Source: Anaeramoeba ignava BMAN (taxonomy: Eukaryota; Protista; Anaeramoebae). Taken from it: a DNA stretch of 64,000 bases. Numbering within the stretch: position 1 is the first letter of the stretch; each line of letters begins with the position of its first letter. The position numbers and the translations under genes are program-made. The notes under the pieces were generated by a model that was not told the origin of the DNA, did no database searches, and saw nothing but the letters and a program-made list of their open reading frames with translations. The stretch covers positions 62,001-126,000 of the forward strand of contig JAPDFW010000077.1 in the NCBI GenBank assembly GCA_028826165.1, read 5' to 3'. Below, piece after piece: positions 1 through 11,915 of the stretch.

Positions 1-2673
1 TTTTGATTTTGATTCTGATTTAGAAATTGATTTTGTATATTCATTGTATTTTTGTAATTCTAATTGATCTGAAGTTATATTTATATTTTGATTTTGATTT
101 TGATTTTGATTTTCAAATTGATTTTGATTTTGATTCTGATTTAGAATTTGATTTTCAAATTGATTTTGATTTTCAAATTTATCTGGATTTGTGTTTATGT
201 TTGATCTTGAAAAATTGATTGTATGCCGATTTATATTTTGTTTTTGTATTGGAAACTTGTCTACCTTTTGATTTTGAATTTGATTTCGAAATTGAATTTG
301 ATTTCGAAATTGAATTTGATTTTGAATTTGATTTTGATTTTGATTTCGATTTGGTCTTGGTTTTTGAATTTGATTTTGATCTTGATTGAATCTATCCAGA
401 ATTGCGCTAAATTTCTTTGGATTTGCTTTTGTATTGATATTTTGATTTTGATTTTGATTTTGATTTTGATTTGTATTTGAATTTGGATTTGGACTTTTAT
501 TTGGACTTTTATTTGGACTTTCTCTTGGCCTTGATGGTGGTCTTGATGGTGGTCTTGATGGTGATTTTATATTTTGATTTTGATTTTGATTTTGATTTAT
601 ATTTTGATTTGGACTTGAATTTGGATTTTGATTTAAATATTGATTTGTATTTGAATTTGGATTTGGACTTTTATTTGGACTTTTATTTGGACTTTCTCTT
701 GGTCTTGATGGTGGTCTTGATGTTGGTCTTATATTTTGATTTTGATTTTGATTTTGGTTTTGGTTTTGATTTTGATTTTGATTTATATTTTGATTTGGAC
801 TTGAATTTGGATTTTGATTTAAATATTGATTTATATTTGAATTTGAATTTGGACTTTTATTTGGACTTTTATTTGGACTTTCTCTTGGTCTTGATGGTGG
901 TCTTGATGTTGGTCTTATATTTTGATTTTGATTTTGGTTTTGGTTTTGATTTTGATTTTGATTTATATTTTTATTTGGACTTGAATTTAAATATTGATTT
1001 ATATTTGAATTTGAATTTGGACTTTTATTTGGATTTTTATTTGGACTTTCTCTTGGTCTTGATGGTGGTCTTGATGTTGGTCTTGATGGTGGTCTTGATG
1101 TTGGTCTTATATTTTGATTTTGATTTTGATTTTCAAATTGAATTTGATTTTGATTCTGATTTAGAATTTGATTTTCAAATTGATTTTGATTTTCAAATTT
1201 ATCTGGATTTGTGTTTATGTTTGATCTTGAAAAATCGATTGTATGCCGATTTATATTTTGTTTTTGTATTGGAAACTTGTTTACATTTTGTTTTTGATTT
1301 TGATTTCGAAATTGAATTTGATTTTGATTTTGATTTTGATTTTGATTTTGATTTTGATTTTGATTTTGGTTTTGATTTTGATTTTGATTTTGATTTTGAT
1401 TTATATTTTTATTTGGACTTGAATTTGGATTTTGATTTAAATATTGATTTGTATTTGAATTTGGATTTGGACTTTTATTTGGACTTTTATTTGGACTTTC
1501 TCTTGGTCTTGATGGTGGTCTTGATGTTGGTCTTATATTTTGATTTTGATTTTGAATTTGGTTTTGATTTTGATTTTGATTTATATTTTTATTTGGACTT
1601 GAATTTGGATTTTGATTTAAATATTGATTTATATTTGAATTTGAATTTGGACTTTTATTTGGACTTTTATTTGGACTTTCTCTTGGTCTTGATGGTGGTC
1701 TTGATGTTGGTCTTATATTTTGATTTTGATTTTGAATTTGGTTTTGATTTTGATTTTGATTTATATTTTGATTTGGACTTGAATTTGGATTTTGATTTAA
1801 ATATTGATTTATATTTGAATTTGAATTTGGACTTTTATTTGGATTTTTATTTGGACTTTCTCTTGGTCTTGATGGTGGTCTTGATGTTAGTCTTGATGTT
1901 GGTCTTGATGGTGGTCTTGATGTTGGTCTTATATTTTGATTTTGATTTTGGTTTTGGTTTTGATTTTGATTTTGATTTATATTTTTATTTGGACTTGAAT
2001 TTGGATTTTGATTTAAATATTGATTTATATTTGAATTTGAATTTGGACTTTTATTTGGATTTTTATTTGGACTTTCTCTTGGTCTTGATGGTGGTCTTGA
2101 TGTTGGTCTTATATTTTGATTTTGATTTTGATTTTCAAATTGATTTTGATTTTGATTCTGATTTAGAATTTGATTTTCAAATTGATTTTGATTTTCAAAT
2201 TTATCTGGATTTGTGTTTATGTTTGATCTTGAAAAATCGATTGTATGCCGATTTATATTTTGTTTTTGTATTGGAAACTTGTTTACATTTTGTTTTTGAT
2301 TTTGATTTCGAAATTGAATTTGATTTCGATTTGGTCTTGGTTTTTGAATTTGATTTTGATCTTGATTGAATCTATCCAGAATTGCGCTAAATTTCTTTGG
2401 GTTTGCTCTTGTATTGATATTTTGATTTTGATTTCTATTTTGATTTTGATTTTGATTTTGATTTCTATTTTGATTTTGATTTTGATTTTGATTTCTATTT
2501 CTATTTTGATTTTGATTTTGATTTTGATTTTGATTTTGATTTTGATTTTGATTTTGATTTTGATTTTGATTTTGATTTTGATTTTGATTTTGATTTTGAT
2601 TTTGATTTTGATTTTGATTTTGATTTCTATTTCTATTTTGATTTTGATTTTGATTTTGTTGATTTGAATTCAT
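1..2673 (-). CDS. Partial exon 1 (N/Q/P/S-rich repeat region) of a probable 8th CCCH-ART paralog ('copy 0'); runs off the left edge
   Basis: ATG at 2673 (MNSNQQNQN...) is in frame with ...[30 protein letters not shown] at 90..1. It shares peptide blocks with copy 2 exon 1 ([47 protein letters not shown]). It lies just downstream of the copy 1 stop with the same upstream motifs as other copies. The ART exon is outside the window. Confidence 0.7.
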   Translation of the reverse strand, partial: MNSNQQNQNQNQNRNRNQNQNQNQNQNQNQNQNQNQNQNQNQNQNQNQNQNQNQNQNRNRNQNQNQNQNRNQNQNQNQNRNQNQNINTRANPKKFSAILDRFNQDQNQIQKPRPNRNQIQFRNQNQKQNVNKFPIQKQNINRHTIDFSRSNINTNPDKFENQNQFENQILNQNQNQNQFENQNQNQNIRPTSRPPSRPRESPNKNPNKSPNSNSNINQYLNQNPNSSPNKNINQNQNQNQNQNQNQNIRPTSRPPSRPTSRLTSRPPSRPRESPNKNPNKSPNSNSNINQYLNQNPNSSPNQNINQNQNQNQIQNQNQNIRPTSRPPSRPRESPNKSPNKSPNSNSNINQYLNQNPNSSPNKNINQNQNQNQIQNQNQNIRPTSRPPSRPRESPNKSPNKSPNPNSNTNQYLNQNPNSSPNKNINQNQNQNQNQNQNQNQNQNQNQNQNQNQIQFRNQNQKQNVNKFPIQKQNINRHTIDFSRSNINTNPDKFENQNQFENQILNQNQNQIQFENQNQNQNIRPTSRPPSRPTSRPPSRPRESPNKNPNKSPNSNSNINQYLNSSPNKNINQNQNQNQNQNQNQNIRPTSRPPSRPRESPNKSPNKSPNSNSNINQYLNQNPNSSPNQNINQNQNQNQNQNQNQNQNIRPTSRPPSRPRESPNKSPNKSPNPNSNTNQYLNQNPNSSPNQNINQNQNQNQNIKSPSRPPSRPPSRPRESPNKSPNKSPNPNSNTNQNQNQNQNQNINTKANPKKFSAILDRFNQDQNQIQKPRPNRNQNQNQIQNQIQFRNQIQFRNQIQNQKVDKFPIQKQNINRHTINFSRSNINTNPDKFENQNQFENQILNQNQNQNQFENQNQNQNQNINITSDQLELQKYNEYTKSISKSESKSK
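480..2120 (-). repeat. ~180-bp coding tandem repeat, 8 copies ([44 protein letters not shown])
   Basis: The + strand core 'ggactttctcttgg' recurs near 515, 690, 875, 1043, 1493, 1673, 1853 and 2069. Confidence 0.9.
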
Positions 2674-2831
2674 TTTTAAATAATAAAAAAGGAAAAAAAA
2701 AATGAAAAAAAAAATTTTTTTTTATTTAAAAAAAAAGGAAAAAAAGCAAAATAAAAGAAAAAGGGGAAATATTTTTTATTCCACTTTTTTTTAATTAAAA
2801 ATAAAATCAAAATTAAAATCAAAATCAAAAA

Positions 2832-5800
2832 TCAAAATTTAAATTTAATCAAAGCAAAAGGTCTAAGTAATTCAACATCAGGAACAATATAAAATTGATT
2901 ATTACTTACATAAATATATTTTCCTTCAATAAAACAAACTTGAACCAAAAAAATTTGATTAGTTTTATCACAATAATTAACAGAAATATTAGGATTTCTT
3001 GCAAAATAAGTTCCTTTTCCAAAAGCGTTACGATTTTGATGATTAGCATCAAATCCTGATTTACAAATAGAATCAACTGCATCTTTTTTTGTTCCATGAA
3101 ATCCCCATAAAATTCCTTGAAATTTTGTTGATTCATTATTTTTTTGCTCAATATATTTAAATCTTGTTTCCAAAAAATTATTTTCAATAATTTTGATACT
3201 TTTGATTTTTGGAGGTTTAGTTCCTTCACTTTGAGAATTCCAAATATTTTCAATCATAAGAAACTCTGATTTTGATGCATTTCTTAGTTTATATTTGTGA
3301 GGAATTGATTTATAATTATCATATTTTCTTGGATTATCAACAAAATTATTAATCTTATTTTTATTTTTATTTTTATTCTTATTTTTAATCTTTTTTTTAT
3401 TCCTTTTTTTTGGACCACATCTGTGTTGATATTTACAATCTAATTTCTGACAAATTCCTTTTTTTTTAAATTTTTTACAATTTGTTATTTCACTTTTTTT
3501 TATTGGAGATTTCAATAGAATTTTTAAATAACTAATTTTTTTTGCAATTGGAATTGCATCTTGAATTTGATTTTGATTTTGATTTTGGATTTGATCTTGA
3601 ATTTGATTTTGATCTTGAATTTGATCTTTATTTTGATTTGGATTTTGATCTTGAATTTGATCTTTATCTTGATTTTGATTTTCAATTTGATTTTGATTTT
3701 CATTTTGATTTTGATTTTGATTTTGATTTTGATTTTGAATTTGATTTTCATTTTGATTTTGATTTTCATTTTGATTTTCATTTTGATTTTCAAATTGAAT
3801 TTGATCTTGAATTTGATTTTGATTTTCATTTTGATTTTCATTTTGAATTTCATTTGGAATTTCATCTTGAATTTCATTTTGAATTTCATTTGGAATTTCA
3901 TTTTGAATTTCATTTTGAATTTCATTTTGAATTTCATTTGGAATTTCATTTGGAATTTCGTTTTGAATTTCATTTTCAAATTGGTTTTGATTTTGATTTT
4001 GATTTGGAATTTCATTTTGAATTTCATTTGGAATTTCATTTTCATTTTGAATTTCGTTTTGATTTTGTTTTTGATTTTGATTTTGATTTTCATTTTGATT
4101 TTGATTTTCATTTTGATTTTGATTTTCAAATTGATTTTGATTTTCAAATTTTTGATTTTGTTTTGAATATCGTTTTGTTTTTGTTTTTGATTTTGATTTT
4201 GATTTTGATTTTCATTTTGATTTTGATTTTGATTTTGATTTTCATTTTGATTTTGATTTTCAAATTTATCTGGATTTGTGTTTATGTTTGATCTTGAAAA
4301 ATTGATTGTATGCCGATTTATATTTTGTTTTTGTATTGGATACTTGTCTACCTTTTGAATTTGATTTTTCTTTACCTTTTGATTTTGAATTTGATTTTGA
4401 TTTTGATTTTGATTTTGATCATAATCATCAACTGAATCAAAAGTAATTTGAATATTTTCAGTTTCTAATTTTGATAAATAAGTTGAATTTGAAGGATTTG
4501 GATGTTGATATTTGCAATTTGGATTTTGACATCCTTTTTCAGTATAAAGATTTGGACAAATAATAAATTCAATAGGATGTCTTTTTTTACAATTTTTGAA
4601 ACAAAATCCTTTATTAAAAAAATGCCAACATAATCCATTTTGATTACAAAATTCTTCTGTTATTTTTGGTGGATAAATAATATTTTCTGTAATATTTATT
4701 ATTGGTTTTTGTATTATTGCTGTTTTTATTCCCATATCACCAATTCGACCAAAATACTCTTTTTCAACCATTGCTATTTTGATTTTATTTAAATAAAAAA
4801 GGTAAATCAAATTAAAAAATGTTTAAATGAATATGATTGCAAAATTTTTTCTTACTAATTTTTTGGATTGGGTTTGAATTGTTAGATTCATTATTAGGTT
4901 TGATATTTTGTGAGTTTGATCTTGATATTGATATTGATAATGATTTCGATATTAATTTTGATTCTCTTTTATTTGGTTCTTCTTTATTTGATTGATTTGT
5001 TTTTGATTTTAATTCTTGCTTATCTTTTTGATTTGTATTTGTATTTGATTTTGGTTTTGATTTTGGTTTTGATTTTTGTTCTTCTTTTTTATTTCCTTTT
5101 TTTTTATTTCTGTTTTTGGATTTTTGTTTTTTTGTGTTTGATTTTGGTTTTGGTTTTTGTTCTTCTTTTTTATTTCCTTTTTTTTTGTTTGATTTTGGTT
5201 TTTTTGTGTTTGGTTTTGATTTTGGTTTTTGTTCTTCTTTTTTATTTCCTTTTTTTTTGTTTGGTTTTGGTTTTTGTTCTTCTTTTTTATTTCTGTTTTT
5301 GGATTTTTGTTTTTGTTTTTGTTCTTCTTTATTTGATTTATTTGTATTTGATTTTGGTTTTGGTTTTTGTTCTCCTTTTTTATTTCTGTTTTTGGATTTT
5401 TGTTTTTGTTCTTCTTTTTTTGATTTATTTGTATTTGATTTTGGTTTTGGTTTTTGTTCTCCTTTTTTTGATTTATTTGTATTTGATTTTGATTTTTGTT
5501 TTTGTTCTCCTTTTTTTGATTTATTTGTATTTGATTTTGGTTTTTGTTCTTCTTTTTTATTTCCTTTTTTTTTGTTTGATTTTGGTTTTTGTTCTTCTTT
5601 TTTATTTCTGTTTTTGGATTTTGGTTTTTTTGTGTTTGATTTTGATTTTGGTTTTTTTGTATTGGATTTTGATTTTTTTGTGTTTGGTTTTGATTTTTGT
5701 TTTTTTGTATTTGATTTTTGTTCTTTTGTATTTGATTTATTTGTATTTGATTTTGGTTTTGATTTTTGTTCTCCTTTTTTATTTCTGTTTTTGGATTTTG

Positions 5801-7571
5801 ATTTTTGTTCTTTTGTATTTGATTTATTTGTATTTGATTTTGGTTTTTGTTCTTCTTTTTTTGATTTATTTGTATTTGATTTTGGTTTTTGTTTTTGTTC
5901 TCCTTTTTTTGATTTATTTGTATTTGATTTTGGTTTTTGTTCTTCTTTTTTATTTCCTTTTTTTTTGTTTGATTTTGGTTTTTGTTCTTCTTTTTTATTT
6001 CTGTTTTTGGATTTTGGTTTTTGTTTTTGTTCTTCTTTATTTGATTTATTTGTATTTGATTTTGGTTTTGGTTTTTGTTCTCCTTTATTTGATTTATTTG
6101 TATTTGATTTTGATTTTTGTTCTTCTTTATTTGATTTATTTGTATTTGATTTTGATTTTGGTTTTTGTTCTCCTTTTTTATTTCTGTTTTTGGATTTTTG
6201 TTTTGGTTTTTGTTCTTCTTTTTTTGATTTATTTGTATTTGATTTTGGTTTTGATTTTTGTTCTCCTTTATTTGATTGATTTGATTTTGATTTTGGTTTT
6301 TGTTCTTCTTTTTTTGATTTATTTGTATTTGATTTTGATTTTTGTTCTTCTTTATTTGATTTATTTGTATTTGATTTTGGTTTTGGTTCTTTTGTATTTG
6401 TATTTGGTTTTTGTTTTGGTTTTTGTTCTTCTTTTTTTGATTTATTTGTATTTGATTTTGGTTTTTGTTCTTTTGTATTTGATTTATTTGTATTTGATTT
6501 TGATTTTGATTTTTGTTCTCCTTTTTTATTTCTGTTTTTGGATTTTTGTTTTGGTTTTTGTTCTTCTTTATTTGATTTATTTGTATTTGATTTTGGTTTT
6601 TGTTTTTGTTCTCCTTTTTTATTTCTGTTTTTTGGTTTTTGTTCTTTTGTATTTGTATTTGATTTTTGTTTTGGTTTTTGTTCTCCTTTATTTGATTTAT
6701 TTGTATTTGTATTTTGTTTTGGTTTTTGTTCTTCTTTATTTGATTTATTTGTATTTGATTTTTGTTTTGGTTTTTGTTCTTCTTTTTTTGATTTATTTGT
6801 ATTTGATTTTGGTTTTGATTTTTGTTCTCCTTTTTTATTTCTGTTTTTGGATTTTTGTTTTTGTTCTTCTTTTTTATTTCCTTTTTTTTTGTTTGATTTT
6901 CGTTTTTTATTGGTTTCGTTTGTTGGTTTTAATTCCTCTTTTTTAATTTGATTTTGATTTTGATTTTTTGATTTTGATTTTGATTTTGATTTTGATTTTG
7001 ATTTTGATTTTGATTTTGATTTTGATTTTGGAATGAATGTGATTGCATTTCTGAATCTGTTTCTGAATCTGTTTCTGAATCTGTTTCTGAATCTATTTGT
7101 GAATCAAAATTCGATTTTGATTTTGATTTTGATTTTGATTTTGAAGTTGATTTTGATTTTGATTTTGATTTTGATTTTGATTTTGATTTTGATTTTGATT
7201 TTGATTTTGATTTTGATTTTGATTTTGATTTTGAGTTTTGAATTTGAAATTGATTTTGATTTTGAATTTGAAATTGATTTTGATTTTGATTTTGATTTTG
7301 ATTTTGATTTTGATTTTGAAATTGATTTTGGTTTTGATTTTCGTTTTGATTTTCGTTTTTTATTGGTTTCGTTTGTTGGTTTTAATTCCTCTTTTTTATT
7401 TTGATTTTGATTTTGATTTTGAAATGAATGTGATTGCATTTCTGAATCTGTTTCTGAATCTGTTTCTGAATCTGTTTCTGAATCTGAATCTGAATCTGAA
7501 AGGGAATATGACCTTGTTTGTGATTGTGATTTTGATTTTTTAAGTTTATTTGTATTTTTATTTTTGTTCAT
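2832..7571 (-). CDS. CCCH x3 + PARP-like mono-ART, copy 1; exon 1 7571..4856, intron 4855..4774, exon 2 4773..2832; apparent frameshifts
   Basis: A GTAAG...AAATAG intron joins NPIQKI|T-MVEKEYF. Fingers: [59 protein letters not shown] motifs: [24 protein letters not shown]. One base appears missing at ~4160 in the NQ linker, with further indels in exon 1 microsatellites (~6965, ~7235). Confidence 0.85.
4960..6900 (-). repeat. Coding tandem repeats ([14 protein letters not shown] / SKNRNKK units) in exon 1 of copy 1
   Basis: Recurrent + strand units 'gatttatttgtatttgattttggtttttgttcttc' and 'tttatttctgtttttgg'. Confidence 0.85.
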
Positions 7572-7725
7572 TGAGTAAATTTTTTAAAAAAAGGAAAAAA
7601 AAATGAAAAAAAAAACGGAAAAAAAAAACGGAAAAAAAAGATAAAAGAGAAAAAAATATGAAAAGGGGAAATATTCTTTATTCCACTTTTTTTTAATTAA
7701 AAATAATCAAAATTAAAAATTAAAA

Positions 7726-10700
7726 TTAAAATTTAATCAAAGCAAAAGGTCGAAGTAATTCAACATCAGGAACAATATAAAATATTGAGTACTTTTTTTG
7801 ATAAATATATTTTCCTTCAATAAAACAAACTTGAGTTAAAAAGATTTGATTAGTTTTATCACAATAACCAACAGAAACATTAGGATTTCTCGCAAAATAA
7901 GTTCCTTTTCCATGAAGATTACGATTTTGAAAATTAGCATCAAATCCTGATTTACAAATAGAATCAACTGCTTTTTGTTTTGTTCCATGAAATCCCCATA
8001 AAATTCCTTGAAATTTTGTTGGTTCACTGTTTTTTTGAAGAACATGTTTAAATCTTGTTTCCAAAAAATTATTTTCAATGATTTTGATTCTTTTGATTCT
8101 TTTAATTTTTGATTCTTCCTTTTCAAGTTGAACTTTCCAAATATTTTTAATCATAAATTTTTCTGATTTTGTTGGATCTCTTAGTTTATATTTGTGAGGA
8201 ATTGATTTATAATTATCATATTTTCCTTTATCATCCAAAGAATTGTTTTTTGGACCACATCTATGTTGATATTTGCAGTTTAAATTATTACAATTCCCAT
8301 TTTTTTCAAATTCTCCACAATTTTCTCTTTCAGATCTTCTAAATGGAGTTTTCAATAGAATTTTTGAATAACTAATTTTTTTTGGAATTTGATTTTGATT
8401 TTGATTTTGATTTTGATTTTGATTTGGATTTGGATTTTTATCATAATCATCAACTGAATCAAAAGTAATTTGAATATTTTCAGTTTCTAATTTTGATAAA
8501 TAAGTTGAATTTGAAGGATTTGGATGTTGATATTTGCAATTTGGATTTTGACATCCTTTTTCAGTATAAAGATTTGGACAAATAAGGAATTGATGTGGGT
8601 GTTTTTTTTTACAATTTTTGAAACAATATCCTTTATTAAAAAAATGCCAACATAATCCATTTTGTTTACAAAATTCTTTTGTTATTATTGCTGGATAATG
8701 AATATTTTCTCCAGTATTTGCTATTGGTTTTTGTATGTTTGCTGTTTTTATTCCCATATCTGGAAGGTGATCAAAAGATTCTTTTTCAACAATTCCTATT
8801 TTGATTTTTTTTTTGTGAATCAAAAAAGGTAAATTAAATTAAATTAAATTAAATTATTCAAAATTTTTTCTTACTAATTTTTGGATTTGGATTTTTTAAA
8901 GATTTAGATTCGCATTTATCATCTTTTGATCTTGATATTGAAGATGATCTTGAATAAGTGATTGATTTTGAAGATGATTTTGAATATGATTTTGAATATG
9001 ATTTTGAAGATGATTTTGATTTTGATTTTGATTTTGAATATGATTTTGATTTTGATTTTGATTTTGAATATGATTTTTTGATTTTGATTTTGATTTTGAA
9101 TATGATTTTGAATATGATTTTGAAGATGATTTTGATTTTGAATATGATTTTGAATTCTTTTGAATTTTTTTCTTTTGTTTTTTCTTTTGTTCCACTTTTT
9201 TTGTTTTTTTTTTTTTTCCATCTTGTTTCTTTTTATTTACTTTTTTTGAGATTTTTCCTTTTATTTTAGCGTCTGTTTTTTTTTTATTATTTATTTTTTC
9301 AGGAATTTTTTGTTTTTGTTGTTCCACTTTTTTTGTTTGTTTTTTCTCATTTTTTTTTAATTCTACTTTTTTATTTTGCTTTTTCTTTTGTTCCACTTTT
9401 TTTGTTTGTTTCACTTTTCTAATTCCTTTTTTCTTTTGTTCCACTTTTTTTGTTTGTTTTTTCTCATTTTTTTTTAATTCTACTTTTTTATTTTGCTTTT
9501 TCTTTTGTTCCACTTTTTTTGTTTGTTTTTTTTTTCCATCTTGTTTCTTTTTATTTACTTTTTTTGAGATTTTTCCTTTTATTTTAGCGTCTGTTTTTTT
9601 TTTATTATTTATTTTTTCAGGAATTTTTGGTTTTGTTGTTTCACTTTTTTTGTTTGTTTTTTCTTAATTAATTTTATTTCATTTGACTGTGTTATTTTAG
9701 TTGATTTTGATTTTTGTTCTGTTTCAGATTTGCTTTTATTCTCTTTTTGTATTTCATCTGTTTTCATTTCTGGATTTGTTTCTAAATCTGTTTCTGAATC
9801 TATTTCTGAATCTGTTTCTGAATCTATTTCTGAATCTATTTGTGATTTTGATTTTTGTTCTGTTTCAGATTTGCTTTTATTCTCTTTTTGTATTTCATCT
9901 GTTTTCATTTCTGGATTTGTTTCTAAATATGTTTTTGAATCTGTTTCTAAATATGTTTCTGAATCTTTTTCTGAATCTGTTTGTGTTTTTGTATGTATGA
10001 AGACATCTTTTTCCATTTTTCTTTTCTCTCTTTTTGTTTGAATTTGATTTTGAATTTGATTTTGAATTTGAATTTGGTTTTGATTTTGATTTTGATTTTG
10101 ATTTTGATTTTCAATTTCAATTTCAATTTCAATTTCAATTCCATTTTCAATTTGATTTTGATTTTGATTTTGAATTTGATTTTGAATTTGATTTTGATTT
10201 TGATTTTGATTTTGATTTTGATTTTGATTTTGATTTTGATTTTCAATTTGATTTCGAAATTGATTTTGATTTTGATTTTGATTTTGATTTTGATTTTGAT
10301 TTTGATTTTGATTTTGATTTTGATTTAGATTTTGATTTTGATTTTGATTTTGATTTTGATTTTGATTTTGATTTTGATTTTGATTTTGATTTTGATTTTG
10401 AATTTGGTTTTGATTTTGATTTTGATTTTGAATTTGATTTTGATTTTGATTTTGATATTGATTTCGAAATTGATTTTGATTTTGATTTTGATTTTGATTT
10501 TGAATTTGATTTTGATTTTGATTTTGATTTTGATTTTGATTTTGATTTTGATTTTGATTTTGATTTTGATTTTGATTTTGATTTTGATTTTGATTTTGAT
10601 TTTGATTTTGAATTTGATTTTGATTTTGATTTTGATTTTGATTTTGATTTTGATTTTGATTTTGATTTTGAATTTGAATTTGATTTTGAAATTGATTTTG

Positions 10701-11751
10701 ATTTTGATTTTGAATTTGATTTTGATTTTGATTTTGATTTTCATTTTGATTTTGATTTTGATTTATATTTTGATTTTGATTTTGATTTTGATTTTGATTT
10801 TGATTTTGATTTTGATTTTGATTTTGATTTTGAATTTGATTTATATTTTGATTTTGAAATTGATTTTGATTTTGTTTAGAATATGGTTTTTTAACTTGAA
10901 TAATATTTTGATTTTGAGTTGAATCTATCCCGAATTGCGCTAAATTTATTTGGATTTGCTTTTGTATTGATATTTTGATTTTGATTTATATTTTGATTTT
11001 GATTTTGATTTTGATTTTGATTTTGATTTTGATTTTGATTTTGATTTTGATTTTGATTTTGATTTGGACTTGGATTTGGACTTGGATTTGGATTTTGATT
11101 TTGATTTTGATTTTGATTTTGATTTATATTTTGATTTTGATTTTGATTTTCAAATTGATTTGGACTTGGATTTGGACTTTTATTTGGACTTTCTCTTGGT
11201 CTTGATGTTGGCCTTATATTTTGATTTTGATTTTGATTTTGATTTTGATTTTGATTTTCAAATTGATTTTGATTTTCAAATTTATCTGGATTTGTGTTTA
11301 TGTTTGATCTTGAAAAATTGATTGTATGCCGATTTATATTTTGTTTTTGTATTGGAAACTTGTCTACCTTTTGATTTTGAATTTGAATTTGATTTATATT
11401 TTGATTTTGAAATTGATTTATATTTTGAATTTGAATTTGAATTTGATTTTGATTTTGAATTTGATTTTGATTTTGATTTTGATTTTGATTGAATCTATCC
11501 CGAATTGCACTAAATTTATTTGGATTTGCTTTTGTATTGATATTTTGATTTTGATTTTGATTTTGATTTCTATTTCTATTTTGATTTTGATTTTGATTTT
11601 GATTTTGATTTCTATTTCTATTTGGATTTGGATTTTGATTTTGATTTTGATTTTGATTTTGATTTTGATTTTGATTTTGATTTTGATTTTGATTTTGATT
11701 TTGATTTCTATTTCTATTTGGATTTGGTTTTTTAATTTGAATTTTGTTCAT
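7726..11751 (-). CDS. CCCH x3 + mono-ART, copy 2; exon 1 11751..8875 (several indels), intron 8874..8796, exon 2 8795..7726
   Basis: The splice joins KNPNPKI|R-IVEKESF. Exon 2 is intact (three CCCH, FHGT, GKGTYFA, IFYIVPD). Exon 1 is fragmented in the ORF track (10891..11751, 9609..10016, 8896..9513) by indels in repeats. Confidence 0.8.
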
Positions 11752-11915
11752 TGAATAAAATTTTTTTAAAAAAAAAATGATCTAAAAAAAGGAAAAAAAA
11801 AATCTTTTAAATTCCAAAAAAAGATAAAACGGAAAAATAAAGAACAAAAACGGAAAAATATTTTTTAATTAATTTTTGGTTTGTTAAAATTAAAAATCAA
11901 AATCAAAAATTAAAA

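Noticed and set aside
480-2120. CRISPR-like appearance of regularly spaced repeats (also 59479-60320)
   Set aside because: Intervening sequences are themselves repeated rather than unique spacers, there are no cas genes, and the context is eukaryotic.
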